A DNA stretch of 64,000 nucleotides, from assembly GCA_951406725.2 (NCBI GenBank), contig OX597816.1:174468001-174532000 (forward strand), given 5' to 3'. The notes beneath the pieces were generated by a model. That model was given only the letters and a program-made list of their open reading frames with translations. It searched no databases and was not told the origin of the DNA. Source of the DNA: Octopus vulgaris. Its lineage: Eukaryota. This document shows, piece after piece, positions 37,784-50,947 of the stretch. The stretch's first letter is position 1. Every line of letters starts with the position of its first letter. The position numbers and the translations under genes are program-made.

Positions 37784-37874
37784 TTTTAGTACAATTGTTT
37801 CATACAAAGACAGACTTTATTACAAGTTGCAAAAATTGCAGCAGATAAAAGTGGCCCGTACTCATCAGCTAAAA
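37784..37874 (-). ncRNA. Hammerhead motif (family B), mirror copy
   Basis: Reverse complement of 38679-38769. Confidence 0.7.
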
Positions 37875-38678
37875 TACATGTGAGTTCTCCAAACATCTTA
37901 GTGGGTAAGGTTATACTCATGAAGTATTGAAGATAATTTCATTAAAGGCAGTTTTAGGCTGCAAACAGATTTCCAAAGTTCCTTAATGATGATGCACAGT
38001 CTTATCCCAGGTTCTTAAAAGCTTATTAGCTTCACAGAGAAGGTGAATTAATCCGTAGTGTAGATTTAAATTTCCAGAGATATGAGGAGGATGCACAGAC
38101 TTATCACAGGTTTTTAAAAACTTATTAGCTTCACAGAAAAGGTGAATTAATCCGTAGTGTAGATTTAAATTTCCAGAGATATGAAGAGGAATTTCATACT
38201 CACAGACGATGAATTTATCCATTGTTAATCCACAATCATTTCATGCTATATGATAAGGTATTTGCCACCTTACTGTTCTCCATGCAAAACTGCTTATCAT
38301 ATAGCATGAAATGATTGTGGATTAACAATGGATAAATTCATCGTCTGTGAGTATGAAATTCCTCTTCATATCTCTGGAAATGTAAATCTTCACTATGGAT
38401 TAATTCACCTTTTCTGTGAAGCTAATAAGTTTTTAAAAACCTGTGATAAGTCTGTGCATCCTCCTCCTCATATCTCTGGAAATTTAAATCTACACTACGG
38501 ATTAATTCACCTTCTCTGTGAAGCTAATAAGCTTTTAAGAACCTGGGATAAGACTGTGCATAATCATTAAGGAACTTTGGAAATCTGTTTGCAGCCTAAA
38601 ACTGCCTTTAATGAAATTATCTCCAATACTTCATGAGTATAACCTCACCCACTAAGATGTTTAGAGAATTCACATGTA

Positions 38679-38769
38679 TTTTAGCTGATGAGTACGGGCC
38701 ACTTTTATCTGCTGCAATTTTTGCAACTTGTAATAAAGTCTGTCTTTGTATGAAACAATTGTACTAAAA
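38679..38769 (+). ncRNA. Hammerhead motif (family B)
   Basis: TTTTAG-CTGATGA-GTAC...GTAT-GAA-ACAATTGT-A-CTAAAA. Confidence 0.75.
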
Positions 38770-38839
38770 ACTAATCCATTCTTGTTGCTTCTTTCTCGTA
38801 TATATATATATATATATATACATGCACATATGTGGAAAA

Positions 38840-39345
38840 TCGGTGTGTTTGTTTGTGGAGTTGTTATCTAACTCCTCCTACATCGCTTTAGTGATTTTGA
38901 TGAAACTTGCCACGTGAGCAGAACTCATGTCCAGAAATCTCGTGACATACTTAGATTGTTGAAAAAAATCGATAATATGCCCCCTGGAAGGGACCTTTAT
39001 ATCTACCTCATATAACTATTTTTTCTTTTTAAACACCCAAGTGAAATAACCCATAGCACCTTTACAATAGTTTTTTTTAAACACTCAAGAGGAAATAACC
39101 CATTTCATTGTTTGTTTGATTACTTTGAATATTGATTTTTTTTATGTACCCTATTTCTAATTTTTGCAGACAATATCACTCTTATACTTTATTTGACACC
39201 TGAGTAGAACTCATGTGTGGAAACCTTGTGACATACTTAGATTCTTGAAAAAAAATCAATAATAGGGTCCCTCCAATGGATCCTTCTATCTACTACATAT
39301 TACTAATATTTTATTCGAACAACCCTAGGGAACTAACCCATATCA
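38840..39345 (+). repeat. Old Helentron/HINE-like remnant with two diverged internal repeats
   Basis: AACTCCTCCTAC...GATTTTGATGAAACTT core. AGAACTCATGT...GTGACATACTTAGATT occurs at ~38920 and ~39205. Confidence 0.45.
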
Positions 39346-40071
39346 ACTGCAGTTTTTAGTGAAGTGATCAATATTTAATTCTCAAAATCAGCCAGCCTAA
39401 TTCTGCATTTCCCTACTCAGTTTTGAACTGCTAAACATTATTATTGCACATCCTTGATTTGAATCTTTAACCTTAAAGACTTCATTCAGACATTTCTATA
39501 CATATATACTTTTTTTGAATGCCCATTACTCCGATAATTCTGCATTTTTACAGCTACACTATTTCCATGACAGTAGATAAATTTTTTATTCCACAATGTA
39601 TTTGTAATGGCTTCATGCAGGTATAGCATGGAGTTGATCTTCGATTGCCAAATTTCATTTTACACTTCAACAGTGCTTTTCTCACGTTAAAACAATAGTT
39701 TTTCTGTGAATGACTGTAGTAATACATTACCCAGATGTCTTAGCTAAGCAGAATAATGTCTTTGCCACTTGACCCTTCTAACCTTTTCTAGGCCACCAGG
39801 GGTTGAAATGGAGATAACAGATCTCCAACAAAATCATTTGTTCTCAACAATATGTCTGTCCTTCTGGTTGCTTTTCGATAGTTATAAAAACAAGAACTCC
39901 ATAAGCTAAAGGCAGTTATTGAGAGCAACCGTCAGTGAGTGTGAATGTTATTATTGAACTTTCTTCATTTCATTCTTAAACAACCAAGTGGAACTGAACA
40001 ATGAATTAGTGGCAAAGCAATAAATATTCTTCACCTAAACCTATATATTATTCCCTACTTATTAACAATAA

Positions 40072-40756
40072 CACTGGTCAACAAGTATTTTACATCAAGC
40101 ATATGTCAAGGTGTACTTAGTGTAGTTTTTAATGCTGATTTCAAATATACAATTAGTTTTTTGATATCACATACAGTTTTCAAGATGCAAAAGTTTGTTT
40201 TGGTTTTTAGCTCTTGTATTATATAGAAATTCCGATTAATGACATGTATGCACGTATTTCATTTAAATCGTGGAAACATACCTTTAAAATAAACTACGTT
40301 ATTCATTGCTGCATAATTCAGATGCATATGGTGAAAGATTTCACCAGAACATTAATGCTATGGAGAAACGGTACCAAGCCTTCTGAAATAACAGTATGAT
40401 GCCGGACACTTTACCGTGATCAACCAAAAATGGGAACACAACAGGAAATCCAAATCACAATGTTTCTAACTCTGTTGTTCTAACTTTGTTTTGTTTGACC
40501 CAATTTTTGTGTATTCACTCTTTGTAGAATGATAATGATGATTTTTAACTCAATAAACTCATTTGATTTCTACAAATAATATGCCCGTATTTATTACGTT
40601 AATGATTTCATATAATCAAATATGTAAATATTTGCATGCATCTACTGAAAAACTGATACGTGTTGCATACCAATGGAATAAAATTTTGAAATCTGCATGA
40701 TAAATTGGTCTCAAAAAGTTGTTATGCATTCATACATTTAATTTTGTTGACCAGTG
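40072..40756 (+). mobile_element. Chapaev3-like non-autonomous DNA transposon
   Basis: TIR CACTGGTCAACAA / TTGTTGACCAGTG with TAA on both flanks. Internal relic GERFHQNINAMEKRYQ. Confidence 0.75.
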
Positions 40757-40789
40757 TAATCTTGCACGCAGCCAGAAAAAATATACTTC

Positions 40790-41185
40790 TCCATATATAA
40801 AAGTGAAGCAGTGTGAGTGTCTGTCTCCTAGGATTTAGATTCCTAACTACTCCCACATTTTGCGGTGCAATTTAACCAAAACCGGGTATCTTATAGTCGT
40901 GATTCATATCGAGCCCTTCTGGGTATTAGCACGCGTCTACGATGAGTCTACGATTTAAAAAAAAATTACCATCATTTTTTTCCATTTTAATGCATTTTTA
41001 CGCTATTATATAAGGGAAGTAACTCTCTAAAAATGTCTACGATGAAACAACGATTTTTAAAAAATTTACCATCATTTTTTTCCCATTTTTAATGCATTTT
41101 TTTGCTATTTTTTGGCTATAACTCTAAAAATGCTTATATAGTTATTTCCCTTACAAACCCGAGCAACGCCGGGCGATACTGCTAG
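40790..41185 (+). mobile_element. Non-autonomous Helitron H1 variant with an internal duplication
   Basis: H1 body and 3' hairpin-CTAG|T. The TCTACGATGA...TTTAATGCATTTT block is present twice. Confidence 0.85.
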
Positions 41186-42504
41186 TACGGGATAAATGTC
41201 AAATTCGCAGTTAGTTGCAAGTTAATTGTGGCCCCCTCCCTAAATCGGAAATCTAAACTCAAGGGAGATGATACACAATGCAAGCACTGTTATCTCCCCT
41301 GCATTATCAACATAGCTGAGTTTGGAGATTTGGCCAGCCCATACTGCCTTTTAGTTTACAGTTGGTCCTTATACAAATGAAGAATGCAGGAAACTTGTCT
41401 CACTTACCAAGACCCGAAAGTACGTTCGTGCACGCACGCGTGCGCATACACACGTTAGATTAGCGATGAGGAACACGAGAATGAGTATAAGATTTATTAA
41501 TTAAACTACAAAAAATGGATCTTTTCCGCTTAGCTGAACTTTTTGAAATTTTAAAATTAGGTGAAAATTTTCAAATTTGGTGTATTGATGTAATTTTTCA
41601 CGCTGAACGTCAGGGCGTAATTCACTTGTTCTAGAAAATTTTTTTTAAAAGTTTAAAGGTTGGTAATTTTTACCCAGGTAAGAAAACAGGATTTGGAAGC
41701 TGTCGCTTTGTACCTGAAGACAGATCATCTCAAACATTAGTCTTTTCGTTTTCTTCACATCGTAAAATTGCTTCCACAGTATGAACTAATTTTATAAGTT
41801 ATATTGACACAGAATATCTCTAGATTCCTTGAACTCGACTGTTTTATCATTTCAAATATAATTTAGTACTATTGGTGATACCCTTTCCTTTAAAATGATT
41901 TTATATCTGAAGTCACATTCTAGAATGGATTGAAGAAGTTAGGAAAATTAGGAAATAAATCTTATGGCAACTAGTCTTGCTTTATTCAACATTTTCAGAA
42001 AGAAATCAAAGAAGAAAAAGCTGCCTCAACAAATTCCTCCAAGAAATACCAGACTAACCAATGATACTAGATACATTTTGGCGAACTCCCTGCATTAGTG
42101 GATATGATGTCCTAAAACATGACTTAAAAGACAACACTGGCAAAGTTAGACAAGGCCTGAGCCAACAATGGCCAAACTCTAAGTTATTATGAACCAATTA
42201 GCTTTAATTAAGAAACCCAACTATTGATTATTTATTTATTCAGAGCTCTTTTCTTTTTTTTTTTTTAAGCTAAAGTAGTTAAAATAAAAGAGCTGTTATA
42301 TCTTGGTGCAGAAGAAATGACATCCTCATTACATTTCAGTCAGTTGTCCCATATTTTAACCTCACATCTATTAAGATATTCTACTGATGGGAAGCCAGAA
42401 AATATATTTTTAGTGATACTTTATGAGGTGTGGACTGTGTCCATAGCTTAAGACTGATAAGAGTAATACAATGGATGTTCTGTTTAAACACCTTTAAGTT
42501 GATA

Positions 42505-42958
42505 ATAATAATAATAAAAAACATTGTGTACAGTGCTCAGGTGCACTACAACTCATCTAAAGAGTATGTATAATCAGGTGTAGTTTCGGCGGATTTCAGA
42601 AAGCATGAGGGCCTTAAAGGATGCAGTGTCATGGCAGTCAACAACTGACGCAGGCAGTTTATTCCATGCTTCAGCAACTCTGAGCGTGAAAAAATATTTC
42701 CGAAAGTCATGGGAGCTGTGCTGTTTTCTGACTTTGTAGGCATGTCCACGTGTGTTAGACACATGAAGATCCAAAAGGTGTTCAATGTTGTTGTTGGTGA
42801 GGTGGTTGATAACTTTGTGGGTGTTTACCAAGTCCATTGCCAGACGCCGGAGCTTCAGTGAATCCATGCCCAGGGAAACAAGGCGCTCAGAGTATGGTAG
42901 GTGTCTGATGGAGGGTATGCGTTTGGTTGCACGTCTCTGAACAGATTCCAGGAGGTCA
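42505..42958 (-). mobile_element. CR1-clade LINE 3' fragment
   Basis: SLKLRRLAMDL...NTRGH...RKYFFTLRVAEAWNKLP, followed by a (TTA)n tail. Confidence 0.85.
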
Positions 42959-43224
42959 AAAAAATAGGGGGAAAAAAAGGTATTTGGGGTAAAGGGAATT
43001 TCAAAGGTGTGATAATCTGAGAGATTAAAAATGGATAATGCAGGACTTGCAATTGTAAATCAGTGACTGGGTGGCATGAGGAGAGAGAGACCATTGTAAT
43101 AGAAATAAAATTGCCAGAATAAAGAACTGGTATATTTGTGAGCTAGATGTTGTTGGTTAATATTTTTTACCAATCAGTCAGATAACTTTCTTTTGGATGC
43201 AGTTTAGGATATTTTTATATATAG

Positions 43225-43627
43225 GTGCAGGAGTGGCTGTGCGGTAAGTAGCTTGTTTACCAACCACATGGTTCCGGGTTCAGTCCCACTGCATGGCACC
43301 TTGGGCAAGTGTCTTCTACTATAGCCTCGGGCCGACCAAAGCCTTGTGAGTGGATTTGGTAGACGGAAACTGAAAGAAGCCCGTCGTATATATGTATATA
43401 TATATATATATGTGCGTGTGTGTGTTTGTGTGTCTGTGTTTGTCCCCCTAGCATTGCTTGACAACCGATGCTGGTGTGCTTATGTCCCCGTTACTTAGCG
43501 GTTCGGCAAAAGAGACCAATAGAATAAGTAGAAAAGAATAAGTCCCGGGGTCAAGTTGCTCGATTAAAGGCGATGCTCCAGCATGGCCGCAGTCAAATGA
43601 CTGAAACAAGTAAAAGAGTAAAGAGTA
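43225..43627 (+). mobile_element. tRNA-derived SINE family B, full length
   Basis: A-box-like TGGCTGTGCGGTAAG, B-box-like GGTTCAGTCCC, internal (TA)/(TG) tract and GTAAAAGA tail. Confidence 0.9.
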
Positions 43628-45270
43628 TAAGGGAGCTCTAGTACAGTCCCCAATGTAGGAGTATTATTCCATTGATTTTCGTGAGCTTTATAGAGAGTCG
43701 ATCCTGAATTAGAAAGCTAATTTTTATGGTAGGTGAGATCATCAGGAAAAAACTTTTTCCTTGATATGTGCAGTGATTGTATTTTTATGCAGTTAGAGAA
43801 ACAAGATTGTCATGTCTCCATTGAAGAATGGTTTTGAGCTTCTTTTCTCAGAAGCAATGCAGATTCAGCAAATAGGGCGTTTAAACTGCATATGGAAAAA
43901 TATGTGAGCAAATGAATCAGGAGGAGATAGGTATGAGGAGCAGAAAGTGATGTTTTGGGAAGAGTTGTTGTAGTTGACTTGGTAAAGTATTAATAGTTTA
44001 TGTCTGCTACAATATATGTCTGTGCTTCTAGCACCATGTCTATATAAGTGGACTTCTCAAGGCAAATACCACAGTATTCAGCATTTTGATAATACATTCA
44101 CATTAAGTAGAATATAAAGATTGCCAATAATAGTTTATTTTTGAGGCATAATAACTGCAAGAATTACTGATTTTTGTAATATTTGCCCTGGAAGGATAAA
44201 TAACAGTGATGAAGATGCAAGACTGAAAATACAAAAGTGGCTGTTATTATTAATGTTGTCTTTTAGCCCTAGGTCAACCTAATCCAACAAACCTACATTC
44301 AAACTTGACTATCATATTTCATCTTTTGTTCAAACACAGTATACATTATCTAATATCTTCTCTTTTTTAAGACAGTAATATGCAATTTAAGAGAAATTTG
44401 GTGGCTACATAGAGGCTTCCCTGTTAGTTTGTGGCTGCTATAGTATTGTGGTAGGGTGAAGGTTATCTCCATACCATAATAATGATGGTATTAATATTAA
44501 CTGGAATTAGTCATTTGGTAGAATCGTTAGAGTATCAAATAAAGTACCTTGCAGTATTTACTTACAACTCTTCACATTTTGAGTTTAAATCTGCAAGAGT
44601 CAACCTTGCTTTTCATCCTTTCAAGATCAAATATGCTACCCATAAATATATTGCCTGGGATGTATGTTAAAAATCAATATTGATATCCAAACCTGGGCAC
44701 CAAACCGTTAATCTATTAAACATTAATTAATGAAGTTAACATTTTTTATTAACACTTTAGCTTTTAAGTTAACTTTGGAAATCATTATCAGACTAATTCA
44801 GTTACATTTAACTTCTGTTAACTCAAGTCAGCTTGAGGGCAAGGACATCTTGAGGGCGAAGATTATCCTTTCATGTACAATTTTTTCACAAAATCAGTCA
44901 TTGCATTTCACTATTATTCTTGAATTTGGTTATTATTTATTTTTTATTACTATTAATTGCCATATTTAGATAGACTACAACAATATAACTAATAGGCATA
45001 ATTTTGAAACTTAGGCTTCTGATAACATTTATACCACTTCAGCTACAGAGAGGTAACTTTAATCCCCCACGTGCAGTGAAGAGAGAAAGATGCACTTTGC
45101 AAGGTCACATTGTTTAGGTTAAAATCTGTCTTTTTATTTTACTTCAGTTATTTCATCTTGCTCTTTTTGAATGTACACATGCTACATACATTGTTTTATT
45201 GTATCATATGTTACATTTTAATGCTTCTTTAATAATACTGTGTATACATTTAGATGGTCAATCATATATA

Positions 45271-46935
45271 CACTGTTAAAAAATGTCCACATCATTTGAC
45301 GCAAGGTTGTCTTCTAAAATATGTGCAACTAGCTCAGATAACTTTTGTTGAAATATCAGAGAAATATTATGGGATTTATTTACAATTGACAGATAGGTGT
45401 CCTCACCTTGTTTACTCTCAAGCCTTCATCAGGTATTCTGGTGGAAATTTGAACCCAACCCTTTATTTGACTAATGGGGTACACTGTTCTCATTCCGAAG
45501 GTATGTTGCTGTTGTTATTTTTCTGTTGAGGTTATTTTTCAAGTCCCTGCCTGGGATTGAATTTAGAATCCGAGGGCTAGTGGATAAAAGCACAGGCTAC
45601 AAACCCTCGGATTGTAGGATTGAGATCAGTGTACCTCATTAGTCAAATAAAAGGTTGGGTTCACAATTCCACCAGAACACCTGCTGAAGGCTGGAAAGAA
45701 CATCAGCCAAAACGTTGTGATTACAACAAACAAGGTGAGGATACCTATCCATCCATTGTAAATAACGTACATAATTCCTAATCTCAAAAATATAGAATAG
45801 TATTATGGAATTCTTCAAAAAACCTTACTCTGCCTATTTTGGTGCGAAATTAAGAGACCAAGAGTCAACTCCTCATAAGGCCTGTGCAATTTGGGCTGAG
45901 TACTGAGTCAGAAGGTAGAAATAGCAATAATGAAGAAGACTTCAATAGAAGTGAAGGTGAAGAGCCTCAACTATTCAACTAGTGAGAATTAAATGATCTA
46001 GTGAGGGAATTAGGGCTCACAAAGGAGTCAGCAGAGCTTATAGATTCCAAAAGTCTTTTAGCTCCTTGCACATCATTCTTTTGGTATTGTAATCATGAAA
46101 ACAAATCTCTTCCATATTTCGCTCAAGAAACTGATTTGGTTTATGATACTGATACATCAGGGTTAACAGAAACATTTGACTTAAATTACAACTCTTAAGA
46201 TTGGAGATTCTTTATCGACTCTTCAAAGAGAAGACTTAAATCTGTTCTACTGCATAATGATAATAAATATGCTTCCATCCCTATTGGACATTCAGTGATC
46301 ATGAAGGAAACATACAAAAATTTGTTGTCACTCTCTCACAAGAGTAAATTTGAAGATCACAACTGGATGATTTGCAGAAATTTAAAAATAAATTGCATGT
46401 TACTTGGACAACGGTCAAGCTACACAAAGTTTCCTGCTTTCTTGTGTGAGTGAGACAGTAGAGCGAGAACCTCCATTGGTTTAAAAAAGAATGACCAAGT
46501 AGAGATACATTTACACCAGGAACAAAGAATGTCCTCCAAGAAAGGTTGGGTGATCTGAAAATGGTTCTTTTGCTTCCTCTACATATAAAACTTGAACTCA
46601 TGAAGCAATTCGTAAAAGCTTTGCCACAGGATGGAGAGGGCTTCAGGTATTTTCATAACAAGTTTCCTGCTCTATCAGATGCCAAGGTTGAAGAGCAGGT
46701 ATTCATAGGACCAGACATAAGGAAACTTGTCGAGGATGAAAATTTTGAAAACTCTCTTAGTGATTTTGAAAAAGATGCATGGTCATCACAAGGATTCAAA
46801 CTACAAAGACGTAGTAGAAAGAATGCAGGAAAAATTCAAGGTCTTGGAATGTAAAATGAGCATTAAACTTTATTTTCTAGATATCCATTTGGGTTTGTTT
46901 CCAGAAAATCTAGGATGCGTGGGTGAAAAGCAAGG
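45271..46935 (+). mobile_element. Chapaev3-like transposase pseudogene, interrupted by a foldback
   Basis: CACTG left end. Motifs ELNDLVRELGL, WRFFIDSSKRRLKSVLLHN, LPLHIKLELMKQFVKAL and MSIKLYFLDIHL..FPENLG. Superfamily assigned from memory of these motifs. Confidence 0.7.
45355..45800. mobile_element. Inverted pair of family-C pLTR-like repeats carrying decayed hammerheads
   Basis: 45375-45500 is the reverse complement of 45620-45765 (with a deletion). Central hairpin AATCCGAGGG...CCCTCGGATT. Homologous to 32550-32700. Confidence 0.75.
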
Positions 46936-48039
46936 ACTGTGGTGGCTCGTAGATAAAATTAGTGTGGGTGCTGCTTCAGAAAAGTTTTAGCCATTGTTTT
47001 GATATTGTGTAAAAGGAAACAAACATAAAACATTTTTAAGGATTTAAGGACATAAACTTGATCGGTTTGCATTTTAGCCACTGCTGGGTAGTGTGTTTAA
47101 TTTGTTCACTGAACAGTGACACAAATTCCCCCTTGTTTTTCAAAAAACCCCTAAATCACAAAATAAGGAGGGAAAATCTGCCCTTTTTTTCAAATTCTGG
47201 TAGCAACACTGAAGCTGGAAGTAGGATAATAATCTAATTCTACACTTTATCACATTCAAGAATATAAAAACGTTTTTAAGCACAACACACATAGAGTCAA
47301 AAAGAAACATTACCTTTCACTGGCACTGTGTGGATGACAATGCTCTCTCTCCCTAGTGTGAAGCTTCCTATCTGGGATATGTGGGTATGCCATATGTGGG
47401 TATGCCAAACACCATATCACTGAAACTGTGAAGCGCACAGTTCTATATAAGGATTTTTGCATTTTTTTCATAAACTAGGGGATGGCTACTGACATTAAGG
47501 TTAATGTACAAGTAATTAAATTAAAGAAAAAAAGGACACATTATATTGAATGTTATCGATAATATCGAGTGGAAATAGGGGGTGCTGCAGTTCCGTAGTG
47601 CCTATACACACAAGCAACCACTGAGCAGGGGATAAGTTTCCTCTAAAAGATATACATAAAGGAGACAGAAAGAAGATATCAAGGAAGATGGAATGTCAGT
47701 ACAATGGCCAATTACTGCTGGATGTTGCATTGTGAATGCTCACAAATGAAAGATTTCCATGCATAGCTACCAAGTGAAAAAGAAGAGATTTTGAGGTACT
47801 GAACCTAAAAAATGAATGAAACTCTTGTAAAAAATCTATTTTTTCATCTTTAAAATTGCATTTGTATCATTTTATTTTGCTAAATAAAGTACCAGGTTCA
47901 TTTTTATTAGTTTCATTTTGTTCTACAATATGTGAATTTACTTACAAATGATGGTATATTTTGTGATTAAATTGTGAGAAAACCTTAGGTAATGGAAAAG
48001 AGCTTTTTTGATATTTTGAATTAATACCACAAAAATATA

Positions 48040-50947
48040 TGAAACGAACTTCGTGTGAGTGAATATCTTGTCTTGTACTTTCGGGGTACAAGAAAGCAAT
48101 CACTCACTAGCCGTTGCTTTAATAATCCAGAATCTCTGCCCGTCAGAAAACAACAAGACGCAGACGTAAAATATATATATACTACTTTATTCTCTTTCTT
48201 GGTAACAGTAACAATAAGTGTGTTATCTGATGTCCTTGGTTCTGGGCGTGCAAGGCTGAAAGTTAATCGATTGTAATATTTACAATGTTCAGCCGCCAAA
48301 ACAGAAAGGGTCAAAATGGCGTCCGGAGGAAGAAGATGATGTCTGCAACAATCCAGGTCAAAGGCCTTTTGGTAAGGACTGCTAGAAGCAAGTTCGTACG
48401 GAGAGAAAATATGCGTGACCGTCTCCTTCAATCGCTGCTGTCCCAAGTCCCCGCTGCTGCTGCCAGCAGTCAAACGTTCTACGGCCCCTGACCGCCGCCT
48501 TCAATCGCTGCTGTCCCAAGTCCCCGCTGCTGCTGCCAGCGGTCAAATGTTCTACGGCCCCTTGCCTCGCTAACTCCTACGTAGGCAATAGGGTTCTTCT
48601 TCCGGTGCTTCGTGCATGCGCGAGAGGGCCCTTCCTTTCTGTGCCTTGGTGAAGGCACCAACACGCACGAATTTAGAAAATGGACGGTGCGCGCACGCGC
48701 ACCGTTATAGGGTCACTACAAGGCTCCCCTCCAGTGCGTACGCACGAAAGGAAACTTATTGTAGTGACTGCAAAACTCAAGGTGGACACCAGATAACCAA
48801 ATAGCACACAATAATATAATGGCAAAATTTATAACATACACAAGAAATTTACTAAAGGAAAAAGAGAAAAAATACTCAATGAGCAAAAATCAAGAGTGCA
48901 TGCATGAAAGTGTATACGTCACAAAGTATAGAGCCTTCCGCTGTAGGAAGCGGAGGGAAAGCAAAACTCACAGTCAATGAACCTAGGCGAAATTAAATCC
49001 AACTTCTCTAAAGGTGGTTGATCCTGCAAAATAGCAGTTAAATCAATTGCTGCAGGAGAGGAAATGGAATTGACAGAAGCTCGCTAGTAACACAAAAGGC
49101 AAAAGTGCAAACATGCTGGTGTGATGCGCGACACAGATAATTTTCTGTTAATTACGTGACCAACAGTGATCTAACAGGGAAAAATAATTACGCCTAAACA
49201 TGGCGCAGCGCATGTGAACATCCGACGTCCTATGAGTCAGGAAAAACTAAGCTACTGCAAACGTGTTGCAAAAAACAAGGCAATACACGTGCGAAGCAAG
49301 GCGCATGAAATGCAATAGTGCTTGCCAGACCGAAAAACAGCAAGAATATGCCAGTGGTTGAGCGATTATATGCCTCGTTCGTACAGGAACAAAAGTATGA
49401 CATGCTGGCGCGTTATAATGGACAAACAACCCTCTCTATGTATACGTGACCGACCTAGGGTCTATAGAAATGAGGGGTGTCCACAAAAGGCAAATTTAGC
49501 ATGGAACAAACAAGCGAGAAAAAGCATGTGTGACGTATGTATGTGAGAGATAGCATTTATGTGTGTGTACGTGTGTGCGACAAAATACATACAAGGTGAA
49601 TGCGAGCAAAATATAAAAACAGCGCATAGAAAAAATGTCTCTCAAGTGCTATTCCAGACAAGAGTTAATTTACCAGTCTCTAATAGCCTGATGCACAATA
49701 GCAGTTCGTTCTGTAACAGAATGTTGAGATCACAAATGCAGATGCCGGTTGAACACATATCGTGTAGCGGTTGTGGCTTCAATGCTGTGACAGGTTAACT
49801 GGAACAGAAGAATCTCATAGATAGACGGTGCTGTTTATCCTTGGTGTGCATATGCACAAAACAGCGTGCACGCTAAAGTTCCGTGAGTTGCTATGTACAT
49901 CTTGTGGAGGTCGATGGTGTTGAAAGGCGACGGTGGTGGAGGAAGGCGACTGTAGTGGACTTGAGACAACATCGTTCTTAGTGATGATGGCGATGAAGAT
50001 AGCGACGACGTGAAGTAGAAAAACGACGATGGCAATGACGAAGGTGGAGAAAAAGCATCGAATATATGATGGCGTCCGTCATCATGGCTGTAGAAGAAGA
50101 AAGAGGCTCCTTCTACAACTGTTTGTAGTGGCCGGAAACAAATCATCGAAAGATGATGCGTAGAGTTAAATCGTGTTCCGACTTCGCAGAAAAACTGGAT
50201 TTTTTTTTTGTTGATAAGTGATCTCTGGTTTTAGACCAGAATCACGTCAGGGGGTCACCACTGTAACGAGCTTGATGTGAGTGAAGTGAATATCTTGTTT
50301 TGTACTTTCGGGGTACAAGAAAGCAATCACTCACTAGCCGTTGCTTTAATAATCCAGAATCTCTGCCCGTCAGAAAACAACAAGACGCAGATGTAAAATA
50401 TATATATACTACTTTATTCTCTTTCTTGGTAACAGTAACAATAAGTGTGTTATCTGATGTCCTTGGTTCTGGGCGCGCAAGGCTGAAAGTTAATCGATTG
50501 TAATATTTACAATGTTCAGCCGCCAAAACAGAAAGGGTCAAAATGGCGTCCGGAGGAAGAAGATGATGTCTGCAACAATCCAGGTCAAAGGCCTTTTGGT
50601 AAGGACTGCTAGAAGCAAGTTCGTACGGAGAGAAAATATGCGTGACCGTCTCCTTCAATCGCTGCTGTCCCAAGTCCCCGCTGCTGCTGCCAGCGGTCAA
50701 ACGTTCTACGGCCCCTGACCGCCGCCTTCAATCGCTGCTGTCCCAAGTCCCCGCTGCTGCTGCCAGCGGTCAAACGTTCTACGGCCCCTTGCCTCGCTAA
50801 CTCCTACATAGGCAATAGGGTTCTTCTTCCGGTGCTTCGCGCATGCGCGAGAGGGCCCTTCCTTTCTGTGCCTTGGTGAAGGCACCAACACACGCGAATT
50901 TAGAAAATGGACGGTGCGCGCGCGCGCACCGTTATAGGGTCACTACA
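48040..50947 (-). mobile_element. Young non-autonomous LTR retrotransposon (LTRs 50947-50262 and 48720-48040)
   Basis: Near-identical ~680-bp direct repeats with TG...CA ends. PBS TGGTGACCCC(CT)GACGTGAT (tRNA-Trp-like) at ~50241-50260; PPT CTGGAGGGGAGCC; TATA on both flanks. Confidence 0.9.

Larger units (their letters stand above)
37755..38798. repeat. ~1.04-kb foldback with ~500-bp near-identical arms and a hammerhead motif near each end
   Basis: Mirror ORFs 37983-38222(-) and 38328-38570(+). Ends CGAGAAAGAAGCAACAAG / CTTGTTGCTTCTTTCTCG. Short spacer around 38265-38285. Confidence 0.95.

Noticed and set aside
37983-38570. Duplicated small protein gene (MDKFIVCEYEIP...)
   Set aside because: These are mirror ORFs created by the foldback plus an internal duplication; no recognisable domain.
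48021-48804. Short ORFs duplicated at 50242-50891
   Set aside because: They lie within the two LTRs and show no gag/pol motifs.
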